Source: Neoconidiobolus thromboides FSU 785 (taxonomy: Eukaryota > Fungi > Entomophthoromycota). Taken from it: a DNA stretch of 64,000 bases. The stretch is taken from NCBI GenBank assembly GCA_025603075.1, contig MU626297.1, positions 62,001 through 126,000 of the forward strand, in the 5' to 3' direction. The notes beneath the pieces were generated by a model. The model had not been told where the DNA came from, ran no database searches, and saw only the letters and a program-made list of their open reading frames with translations. Made by a program: the position numbers and the translations under genes. Shown here piece by piece: positions 39,861 to 50,835 of this stretch (its first letter is position 1; every line of letters starts with the position of its first letter).

Positions 39861-40476
39861 TTAATCATCCTCTAAAGACAATTCTAAGCCTGGCGTATAT
39901 CCACAATGATGACATATTTTTGTAATCTTATCATGGTCTTCATTACATTTTTTATGTGCTTTTAAAAATGGAATGGGCAAATCATAATCTATTTATTGGT
40001 TATAAAAATTTAAAAAATAAGTTATTTAAATTACGAGTTCCATCACAAAAACTTTTAAATAGATTAAGCAGATTATTATATAACTATTATTAAACTTACG
40101 GTGGTTTCTTTGTATATTTACAATGACATATACTAAATCTATTACATACTATGGAAGAGTTTGAATTTATCTCAGGTACTTTCCATTTCATTGGTTTAAA
40201 TGGAGTACCTTTATGACTATCTTTTAAATATAAATATTATCAATAATATGTATCATTAATAATAGTTACTATCACACCATGGAGAATCTTTACTCAAACC
40301 ACATCGACAATATAATTTGGTTTCACCTGGAGTTAAATTTTTTAGATTAATTGGACCAAACTATTAAATTGAATATACTGAAGTTTATAGTATGTATTTT
40401 ATATGATTACCATTGGTACACAAGGCTTTAAATCCCCTAAATCTTCAATATTTAATATATACTCGTCTTTTCCCAT
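39861..40476 (-). CDS. Two-CDGSH iron-sulfur (NEET) protein, CISD3/MiNT-like, 5 exons; absent from the ORF track
   Basis: Spliced: MGKDEYILNIEDLGDLKPCVPM|FGPINLKNLTPGETKLYCRCGLSKDSPWCD|NSHKGTPFKPMKWKVPE...FSICHCKYTKKPP|FCDGT|HYDLPIPFLKAHKKCNEDHDKITKICHHCGYTPGLELSLEDD*. Two exact C-x-C-x2-S/T-x3-P-x-C-D-x-S/T-H motifs. Confidence 0.88.
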
Positions 40477-40651
40477 AGTTTATTTATTAAATTTGATAAA
40501 TAAAATGTCGAAATTTTGGTTTTTTATAAATTTAGTCGTTTAATTAATTGCATTTATTATATTAGTTCATTAAAATATAACCCCCCTTTATGTATATTTA
40601 TTAGGAACAACTGTTAAATTGATTTTTTTTTATTTTTTATTTTTAATTATA

Positions 40652-41676
40652 ATGTTTCAATCATTGAATATAATCAAAAGAATTCAATTAGGTCAATTCA
40701 TAAGTTTTTTATCATTTATGATAATTATAACAATTGCTATTTCTGCTGGTTTACAGAATAATAAAGGGTATAAAAAGTCACCGTTAAATCAATTTATTGA
40801 AGAAAATAAATCATATGAAGGTGTATTAGTTTATTTGACCATTGAAGATATTAACCCAAGTGAAAGAACAATTCAAATTAATAGTAATATTAAATTAAGT
40901 TATAACTTATATGAAAAAATAAAAGGGAATAATGGTGAGTTTAAGTTTAATTAAAATAAATTTAGTTTATTATTAATTTTAAATTATTTTAGAAACTGTT
41001 AATATTTTAGTTCATCACAGTAAAAAATCGTATCAATTATATAAAGATAGACCAATGTAATTTATAGCATTTAAAATTAATATTATTATTTATCAATCTA
41101 TTTAATAGAGAACAAAGTACATTAATTGATTTTCAAACAGGTGAACCAGATAATTATCCATTTGATTCATACGAATGTTCATTTCCATTTAAAGTATATA
41201 CCAATAACAGTATTACTTTAGATACCAAATTTGACTCTGATATTTCTTATCAATTGTTCAATATTAATTTTTCAACCGAACTAAAAACTAATGAGTTTTC
41301 ATTATTTTTTATAAGTTTAAAAGTGAAAAGAGCTAATTTAGCTATATTTTTTTCTTTTTTAATTCATTTAATATTATGGTGTTTACCTATTAGTTTAGCT
41401 TGTTTAGCTATTAATATTTTTATGAATAAAGTAACTATCCCTGCTCCATTATTAACTTTTGGTCCAGTTATGTTGTTTTCTATATCAGCTATTAGAGCAG
41501 CTCAACCGGGTATTCCTGAAGTAGGAGTATTAATAGATTTATTTGGTTATATTTGGTAAGAGTTATTAATTATATATTGCTATTTTTATTAATATTTATT
41601 TATTTATTTTAGGTCAGTTGTTATCATATCTATTAGTAGTATTGTTATTATACTCTGTTGGGTAGTTCGTAGTTAA
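40652..41676 (+). CDS. DUF4436-like membrane protein with pentameric ligand-gated ion channel (Pro-loop)-like signatures, 4 exons
   Basis: N-terminal hydrophobic helix; beta-rich domain VLVYLTIEDINPSERTIQIN; GEPDNYPFDSYECSFPF; SLKVKR; then three hydrophobic helices with IRAAQPGIPEVGVLIDLFGYIW. Introns ~40935-40992, ~41057-41108 and ~41556-41612. Confidence 0.75.
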
Positions 41677-41756
41677 CTAGTAAATTAAAGTAATAAATTA
41701 TTTGATATAATAGAACATAATGATATTAAACATACATAATGATAAATTTATTAATA

Positions 41757-42594
41757 TTAATTAAAAGAATAAGATTTAGCTACTCTTTTTATAAAGTGTT
41801 TATATTGTAAGTAATTCATATTCTTACTTAATGAATAATATTTAATTAATTGTGATTTAATCCAATTTTTCAATTGATTTTTTAATTGTGTATTATTGAA
41901 TTTATAATCTTTATGAAATAATAATATATTAGAAAAGATTATTAAAACTATTTTTTGAATTGTAATGTAAGTAATAGATTCTAATTTCATTGTAGTGTTA
42001 TTTAGTTTGTCATTCTTTTTTTTTAATAAAATTAAATTGACTCTATTAATGTTGATTTTTGGTTGAATATATTTCCATGTTTTATATATAAGTTGTTTAA
42101 TAATATCTAAAAATTAAAATATTAATATGAAGTTGTATTTAACTTTAAAAAAATACCTACTTAACATAGCAGATAGATTTAATTTATAGGACAATTTATT
42201 AATAAATACTATTAATTTTTGTATTATATTTAATATTAAATGATAAATATTATGTTTAATTCCTTTCATTCGAGTTTGGTAATAATTTTGAAATAACTTT
42301 GGTTCTATAAACTTCATATTCTTTTTTATGTTTTTTAATTGAAACATTTGATTTTGAAGTTTTAATCCAATTAATCTATTTATTATATATTTCATTAATA
42401 TTATATTTATTATACAACAATAATTATATATTATATTTAATTACCTTATTAATTTTGGTATAACTTTTTTAGTAGCCCCATTAGTATAATCCATTGTAAA
42501 ACTATTAATACAAGTATTGAAATTTAATTCTGAATTATTATTTAATAAAACTTGTAAATTATTAGTATCAATTAAATAACCACACCAAGGAAAT

Positions 42595-42643
<49 letters not shown>

Positions 42644-44435
42644 CTTCTGTTGTTTCATAATCATAAAATTCATTATTATAAGCTAATGTTTTTAAATAAA
42701 TTGGCAGTTGAAAGTTTGTTAATGTTTTTGTTGGATTAATATAACAACCATATTTTGATATTCCCAAGTGCATTTTTTTTATAAATTTTAATACATTTAA
42801 TTTACTTGTTGATATTATTAAAAAATCATCTGTCATTCTTAATATTAAATTATTATTATTGTCATTGAACTCATTTAAAAATTGAGATTGAATAAATGAA
42901 TAATATAATCCACATAATAAACTTGATATTATAGACCCTTGTGGTATTCCGTTCATTTGTATATAGAAATCATTATCTAACTAAATAAAATAAAAAAAAT
43001 GAAAAAATTTAAATATTCTATTTTATTATTATATTTAATATGAAATTACCTTAACGATATTATTTAATAGATGTTGTTCAAGTACATTTAATAACTCCTT
43101 TTTACTTTTAATACTATCTAATTTTTGATTGATTATAATATTATCTTTTAAACTTATATTATAATCTTTCATTTCTTGTGGAATTACTAATTGAGTATGT
43201 TTTTTTATATATAATCGTTTATGATTTGATTGATTTAATTTCAATGTTAATAATTTAAAATAATAATAATTTTCAGACAATATAAACTCATTTGTTAATT
43301 TCAATAAATGCTCATGTGACATTCGATCATAACATTGTTCAATATCTACTTTACCGAAATAAAATGAACTTGTTGTTTTTATTTTTGAATTATTTTTTAG
43401 AAAAGTATTTAATTGTTCATGAATTTCAGTTATTCCTAACATTGAACCCTGAAATTTATTTAATTGAAATCTCTTTTCACATTTTAAACTTAAGAAACAA
43501 TTATATAACGCTTGATTAACTGATTTAATCTTAAGTTGACTATCATTTTTTATTATCGTTATTAGTTATTATTATTATTATTATTATTATTTACTCTAAA
43601 TAATACCCAAATGATTTTACATTTGAATTAGTTATTAATCTTAATATACCACCATTCTTTGGTATAAATCTACCATAACCGAATCCAAATCCTCTACTTT
43701 GACATATTTGTTTAATTTCATCCTATAATAAATAATAATAAATAATAATAAATAATAATAAATAATAACTTACACTTTTAATTTTAATAAAAATATTATC
43801 TTTTTCTAATTTAATTTTATGCTCTTGTTTCATTTTATTCCAAACATCAAATCTATAATAACATAATTTATATTTCATATGTTGATGTTCAGTTACATAA
43901 AAATTAAATCCAATTAAAGGTAAAACTATATCATTAATTAACCATAATATAAAAGAACATAATAATTTTAATTGTTTCTTTTTATATGTTATAGGTTGTG
44001 TTTTAATTTCATTTATATCTAAAAATAATAACTTAATTGTTTGTATAAAAAATAATGTATTTTATATTACTTGAATTATAATTAAGCCAACTTATTTCAT
44101 TTATTTTGATATTTTGTATCCAATTATTTAAATTATTTACTTCATATTTAGTTGCACTCAAAAATATTTTAATATTTTTTTCAAAAATAATATAATTCTT
44201 AATATTTCCAAAAATATAAGGCGGTAGTAGTCTTTTTAATATATTAGTTACAAATTTATATATTTGTTCATGACTGTTTGGTAAATTATAATTATTGTTA
44301 ATTGGACAATAATTATCAAATAACTGATTATATTGAACTTTATATCGATGATTTTTAATAATTTTTTTTAATATTGATTTAAATTTTAATAATGAATTTG
44401 GTATAAATGTATTATTAAATTGATTTGAATTATTA

Positions 44436-44496
<61 letters not shown>

Positions 44497-45937
44497 CTAA
44501 ATTTTAAATTAATTTTAATGAATTTATATTAATATTTACCTTTTTTTAATATTTCTTTATTCTTATTTATTTTTTTTAATAATTTATTATAACATTTAAT
44601 TTTTTTTTTATAATTAGTTGTCTAAAAATAATTAATTCAAATCACAATAAATGAATGAATAAATAAATAAATAAATAAATAAATAAAAACTTACTTCAAA
44701 TTCAAATCTAAAAATATTTTTTAATATATCTATATAATCAGTCTTATCTAAACAAACTGTTTTATATTAAATTAATTATATTATATTATATTATATTATA
44801 AATCTTAATGAAATTAATTTACATGATATTGGAATCCTTGAACTATTTTTAAGTTCTGGTTTTGAAAGTATTTTACCATATAAAATAGTCGTTCGTAAAA
44901 ATTTAATATCACTTGGTTTAAAAGTTTCAAGTTCAACATCCCTTTTAACTCTTTTTCTTTTATTTAATGAAATTACTTATTATATTAACATGAGTTTATT
45001 ATAATTATAAGTACATTTATAATTTATTACCTTCATTGTTTTTACTTTTTACTTGTGAATCATAACCATCTATTTTATCATTTTGATTTTCTAACAAATT
45101 GTTTAACTCAAGTTCTATATCCAATGGTGGACCTTTATATGATTTATTAATTTAATATCAAATAGAAATATCCGACTTCAGTCTTTGTTTTCTATTACTT
45201 AAAATAATAAAATTAAAAGTTACCTGTAATTTGTCTAAATGATAAATCATTTTCAATTTGATTTACATAACCTTGGATTCTAATTATAATAGTTCTTTTT
45301 GTTAATAGCCAAACCATGATGTCAGACCCAATACTAAATATTTGAAAATAAAATTAAAAACAAAATTTATAGATTCAATTTTTAATAACTAAATTAAATT
45401 AATTGTGTTTTATTATTTTAATATAAAAATAAAAATAAAAATTACTTATTTAATAACCAGGACCATGGTTTTGAAGTCAAAACTTGAGTTCGAATATTAT
45501 TATTTATATCCTTATTTATTTCATTCTTAATTCTTTAATTTATTTGTAATATTATTAAAAAACCTAAATACCTTGTTTTCATGATTAAGTACACTTAAAA
45601 TGTGTTTATTTTTAATTAATTCTGTTTTTAAATATTCCACTAACTTTTATTTATTAGATTAGATTATTTCAATAAAACTAAATTTGAATACTTTTGTTTG
45701 ATTATGTTTTATTGTTTCTGGAATTGATATTATTACATCTTCACTTATATTTACTCTATTTATATTGATATTATTGGACACAATAAACAGATTTTGAAAA
45801 TAATACTTATAATTGATAGTATGCTTAAATAGATCCTTATTTATAAGCTTCAAATAATAATCTAAAGTTGAAACATAGTTGAATTTTTTACGTAGTACTT
45901 TTAGCTGTTTAAAAACATCTTTATTCTTTTGTTCCAT
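41757..45937 (-). CDS. TERT: Telomerase reverse transcriptase, many exons
   Basis: TEN/GQ: KPWSWLLN...IGSDIMVWLL...QITG. CP: HRYKVQYNQLFDNYCPI. QFP region ending EISWL. T motif: LPLIGFNFYVTE...YYRFDVW. Motifs 1/2: GRFIPKNGGILRLI. A: FYFGKVDIEQCYD. B': GIPQGSIISSLLC. C: LRMTDDFL. E: FPWCG. Confidence 0.95.
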
Positions 45938-46054
45938 AACCTTTTTACTTGTTGCTTAGTTTATTAAAAAAGCAATTCTTAGTTTCATTTACTGCGAGTT
46001 TTTTTAGTATAAATAATTTGTAAAACCAGATTTTTATTTCTATCTTAGATTAAA

Positions 46055-48279
46055 ATGATTCAGTTTTCCAGTGACGAAGCAACAATTTTAAAAGCCAAGT
46101 TAATTAAAGTATTAACAATTAATGAAGAAGAATTTATTAATCTTTTTATAGAAGATAATAAATTTTTTCAAGTGATTGAATATAGTTGTAGTGATTTAAT
46201 ACAGACAGCACAGAATAGTTATTTAAATTTAATTAATAAATATTTGTTTTTAATTGTTTATAGATGGAGTAATATTGATTTATCTTTATTAAAAGGTAAA
46301 CCTATTCATCTTTTTATCCCTTCAGTTCCTTTGCTTTTTGATTTTATTACCTTGTTTGTGGAAAAAAATCAACAGCTTGTTCAAACTATACTGGAGAACT
46401 TTTTAACCAAATTTACAGAATTAGAAGTTAGTTTTATTAATTCAAGAGCAGAAATAGTTGATTATTTAAGATTATTGTTAAAGAGATTAGAAAAAGGAAC
46501 ATATTTGAAATTAAAACAAGAGGAGCAATTTAACTTCAAAATATTTGTTTTAAATTTAATCAAAGATTTAAGTCATAGTTTGTTCATTGTATTCAATTTA
46601 AATAGAAAGATATGTTCTTGGTATAATTCAACAAATGAATTTATATCAACTTTAATGGGATTATATCCAGCTATATCAAAGTTATTTTCAAGTGATGTAG
46701 ATGTTAATGAAACAATTCAAACTAAAAAGAAATATTTAAAACTAGTTAATAGTTGTATTACATTTAATTTTATTGAGCCAATTTTAGATTCAGATATATC
46801 AAAACAAAAAAGAATTACAATATTTGATCAATTTTATAATCTTTTAATTAAATTTTCTCAAAATAATATTAATGATCCGAATATACCAATTTACTCATTA
46901 ATTAATGCTTCATTATTTTCAGATCTTAGTTTAAATTTTGAATATATTCAATTAATAAGTGAAATTTATATGAAATCTTCTTCCTTGGAATTAGAGTAAG
47001 TCATTTACTATTATATTATTATATTATTATATTATTATTTTATATTTCATTTAATTCATTATTATTTTAGAACTCGTTCTTCAAGGATTGAATATTTAAT
47101 TGATTTATTAAAAGATTCAATTAAGAATATTGAAATATTACCTGAAACTAATGAGGATGAACCACCAAAATACTCATCAACAGTACAAAATAATGAAATT
47201 AGTTTACATAAGGTAAATAATTTTTAATATAATATAATAACATGTATTAATAATAATATATAGAATACGGATACTTTTAATTTAGAAGATGGTGTGCTTG
47301 AATCTAAAATATCTCAAATTCAAGAAATATTTCCAGATTTATCAAACGGTTTTATCAAAAAATGTTTAAAGTATTATAATTTTGATAACGAAATTTTAAT
47401 TATGAGATTACTTGAAAATGAACTTCCTAAAGAATTAAAAGAATTAGATAGAAATATGGAAGAGTAAGTTATTACTAAATTATTGAACTTTAATTAAATT
47501 ATTTTATTAGGGAAAAAGTAATTGAAAATAAAAATGAAACGAGTATATTATCATCAAGAAGAAATATTCATGATAATGATGAATTTGATATATTTTCAAA
47601 TAATAATAATAATAATAATCAAATTCCCAAAGGAATATATCAAAAACAAACAAATGATACTTTAATTAATTATGAAAACAAAATAACACCTTCATTAAAA
47701 TATAATATTATAAATTTAAGTTATGACCAATATGATGATGAATTTGATGAAGAAGATGATTTAAATATTAAATCAATTACAACTGATAATAGTCAATTAG
47801 ATGATCCTACTGAACAACATCAATCTTTATTATATAGTTTTTATTCATCTAATCCTAAGATATTTAGTAGAGATAAAGAAGCTAGAAAATCTAAAGATCG
47901 AGTTCAACTTAGAAATAGTACTAATATGAGTGATGAACAAATTGAAGGTTGGGCAACAATGATTCATAGAGAGCCATTTAGATTAAAAAAATTAGAAAAG
48001 ATATATGGATTAGAGTCAATATCTCAAAATAATATTCAACAAAATAATAATAATAATAATAATAATAATAAAGTAGATAATAATAATAATAATAATAATA
48101 AAGTAGATAATAATAATAATAAAGTAGATAATAATAATAATAATTCAAATAAAAATACAAATAATAAATCCAATCAAAGTAAAGCTTATAAAGAACATAA
48201 TAAAGCAAAAATAAGTAATCATCGTAGAAAAGATATGAGACAAAAGAAAATTAATAAACAATTGGGTGATAACATGTAA
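46055..48279 (+). CDS. ASCC2: CUE-domain ribosome-quality-control / ASC-1 complex subunit 2 (ASCC2/Cue3/Rqt3), multi-exon
   Basis: CUE domain ISQIQEIFPDLSNGFIKKCLKYYNFDNEILIMRLLENELP; RRNIHDNDEFD; YDQYDDEFD; MSDEQIEGW; KEHNKAKISNHRRK. Confidence 0.88.
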
Positions 48280-48306
48280 ATTACTTCTATATTTTATTTC
48301 TATTCT

Positions 48307-49671
48307 TTATTTCCAAGTCATAACAATATTTTGTCTTATTATTTTCATCTCTGCAACAAAATCTAATACAATAGACTGCTGTTTACAAACTGGATTGCCA
48401 CATATTTCTAAACTTTTTAAATTTGGTAATAAAAATAAATCATTTACTTTTGTTTTTAATAAAGTTGATAAATTGTTTAATCCTATTTCATTTATCTTAT
48501 TAACATTTAAATCTAGTACTTCTAATTTAGATTGTAATAAACTAGGATCCTTTAATAAATCATTTACTAACTCATCATTAAATTCAATATTATTATTTAT
48601 AAATACTAATTTTTTGATATGTTGAAAATGGATTAAACTGTTATAAAACGTAGTATCAGTTACTTCATTTAAACCTAAATCTATACTACTTAAATTATTA
48701 CAATATCTAGCTAAATCTTGAATTAGATTGATACTTGATTCATCTTTAATTCCACATCGACGGAATTTCAAATTAACTAAATTATGATTATTAATTGACA
48801 TGGTCCTTGTAATGTATTGTCCTAAATCAACACCAGATATTTCTAAGTCTGAAAGTATTCCATTTTTACCATTTACTTCTAAAAACTCAAATAGTACCTT
48901 CATTACATTTATGCTATCCTCTATCATATTAATTCCTTTTGGATTCTCTATATCTTCTAAAGTTGCTAACCCTAATCCTTTAATATGAGTATTATTTTTA
49001 ATTGAATTTAAAACATTAATTATTTCTAAATGAGTGAATTGAACATCAACCAAAGTTACTTCCTCGATGAACAAGTCAGCTACTTCAAAGGGTTGAAAAA
49101 ATAAGTCTATTAGAGTTAAACTATTACCACTTAAATCAATTTTTAATGGAAATTTTGCTTCTGAATTACTTTTTATTGCAATTACTAACTGTTGAACTAA
49201 TTCATCATCTAATTGATTATAACTTAAATTCAACGATTTAATATACTTTTGAAATTTTAATAAATGGATTAAACTATTTTGACTACTTTTTTGTAAATTT
49301 AAATTAGATAAATCTATTTCAATACCATCTTTACCTTGAAATTGTTTTAAAGCATCAAAATAAATGTTTAAATTTTCAATATCTTCTCCAAACTTCGAGT
49401 TACCAAAACTAATAAACTTTAAGTGAGTATTTGAAGTGAGACAGCTGGCCATAGCTAAGATAGCTTCTTTACTTAACTCTTGACCAAAACAATAGAATTC
49501 GGTTAAATGAATATTGTTGGTAATAGAATTAAAAATCGTTATTAATTGAGTTTGTGTTAATTTTCGAAAACTTAACAAATGTAAAGATCTAAGTGTGGAA
49601 TCATTTGAAATAAGCCGTTTTACCCAGTTTTCCACTACTTGGATAGTATCATCTTTTTTCCCCCAAGCCAT
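48307..49671 (-). CDS. Leucine-rich-repeat (RNI-like) protein, single exon, 454 aa
   Basis: Repeated LxxLxLxxN units (IKSLNLSYNQL, LKIDLSGNSL, LSSIDLGLNEV, LEVLDLNVNKI, LKSLEICGNP). N-terminal RLISNDSTLRSLHL is reminiscent of tropomodulin-type LRR caps. Confidence 0.75.
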   Translation of the reverse strand: MAWGKKDDTIQVVENWVKRLISNDSTLRSLHLLSFRKLTQTQLITIFNSITNNIHLTEFYCFGQELSKEAILAMASCLTSNTHLKFISFGNSKFGEDIENLNIYFDALKQFQGKDGIEIDLSNLNLQKSSQNSLIHLLKFQKYIKSLNLSYNQLDDELVQQLVIAIKSNSEAKFPLKIDLSGNSLTLIDLFFQPFEVADLFIEEVTLVDVQFTHLEIINVLNSIKNNTHIKGLGLATLEDIENPKGINMIEDSINVMKVLFEFLEVNGKNGILSDLEISGVDLGQYITRTMSINNHNLVNLKFRRCGIKDESSINLIQDLARYCNNLSSIDLGLNEVTDTTFYNSLIHFQHIKKLVFINNNIEFNDELVNDLLKDPSLLQSKLEVLDLNVNKINEIGLNNLSTLLKTKVNDLFLLPNLKSLEICGNPVCKQQSIVLDFVAEMKIIRQNIVMTWK

Positions 49672-50517
49672 AGTTAAGTACTGTTATTTAAAGTTCAAGC
49701 TGCTATTTTTTCAAATTTAGAATTTGGAAATCAGTTATCAAATTGTTTTTTTTGAAATGAAAAAAAAATAAAAATAACACAATTAATGTTTAAAACTTAT
49801 TTTGTATAAAATTAGTTGTTATTTTTTATAATATAAGAAACATGAGTTACCTGTTTTATTTTTTTATCCTTTTTTCATATCTTAATTTATTTTTTTTATA
49901 ATTATATTTTGAAATAGTAGTTTTGACTCCCTGGTTTTGGACCATATATATCATCTAATAAACCTAGGCGTAAGATGCTAATGTTTTGGCCTTTTTCTCT
50001 TATTCCTTAAATAGAGTTGGTAAATATTTATTAAAGAAACACTTGGAGTAGCTATATTATTCTTACAAGAATACAAAAAAATCGTTAGTTTTATGCACAA
50101 AGTAACTATAAATTTAAAGACATAATAACTAAACTATTATATAAATAGCTTATTATAATATATATTAACATAGTAAATACACTTTTACCTACTAATAAAC
50201 TTTATAATATACATTATTACACCTATCTATAACAAGTATAATGAGTTGAGATGCATAAATAATTATTTATTCTTATTATTTAATAATAACTCAAGTCAAA
50301 TGTTTTAATCACACTTTTTTTTGATAAGATAATAAAATTATTAGATTAACTATTAGCTTATTATTACTTGTATAAAAATGATTCGATGTTATTATCTATA
50401 TAAAGTAATATGTTATTTTTAAATTTTCATTCTTTTTGTATGGAAAAACAATTAGTTTCTTCTCCCCTAATTTTATTTAAATGCTTTAATTTAAGGGGAT
50501 ACATCAATAATTTTTTT

Positions 50518-50526
50518 GATTGGCTG
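50518..50526. promoter_or_regulatory. CCAAT box upstream of ACS
   Basis: GATTGGCTG ~320 bp upstream of the ACS start. Weaker CCAAT/ATTGG matches at ~50640, ~50666 and ~50685. Confidence 0.3.
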
Positions 50527-50835
50527 TATTTATTTTATGGTTGACTACAATTTGATAGATGATTAGATTTATGAGTCAATTTATAAATTATATACCGTGG
50601 GAATAAAGTTAATACAAATGATTGTGTAAATCAGTAAAACCAATATCACCACATAATCATTTAAATTGGCGCACAATGATTTTAATTGGATAGAACTAAA
50701 GGGCATAATACAAGTCAATTCTCGTGACTAAATATAGAGTTATTTTAATCATCAGACATAATATGAATAGAATAATATAAAAACAAAGCATTACATTTTA
50801 ATAAAAAAACTTTGTTTATGAAAAAGAAATTAAAG

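Noticed and set aside
42441-43442. RT ORFs as a LINE, Penelope or other retroelement
   Set aside because: They are exons of one spliced gene that also has the telomerase-specific GQ, CP, QFP and T motifs. There is no endonuclease, LTR or poly(A) tail.
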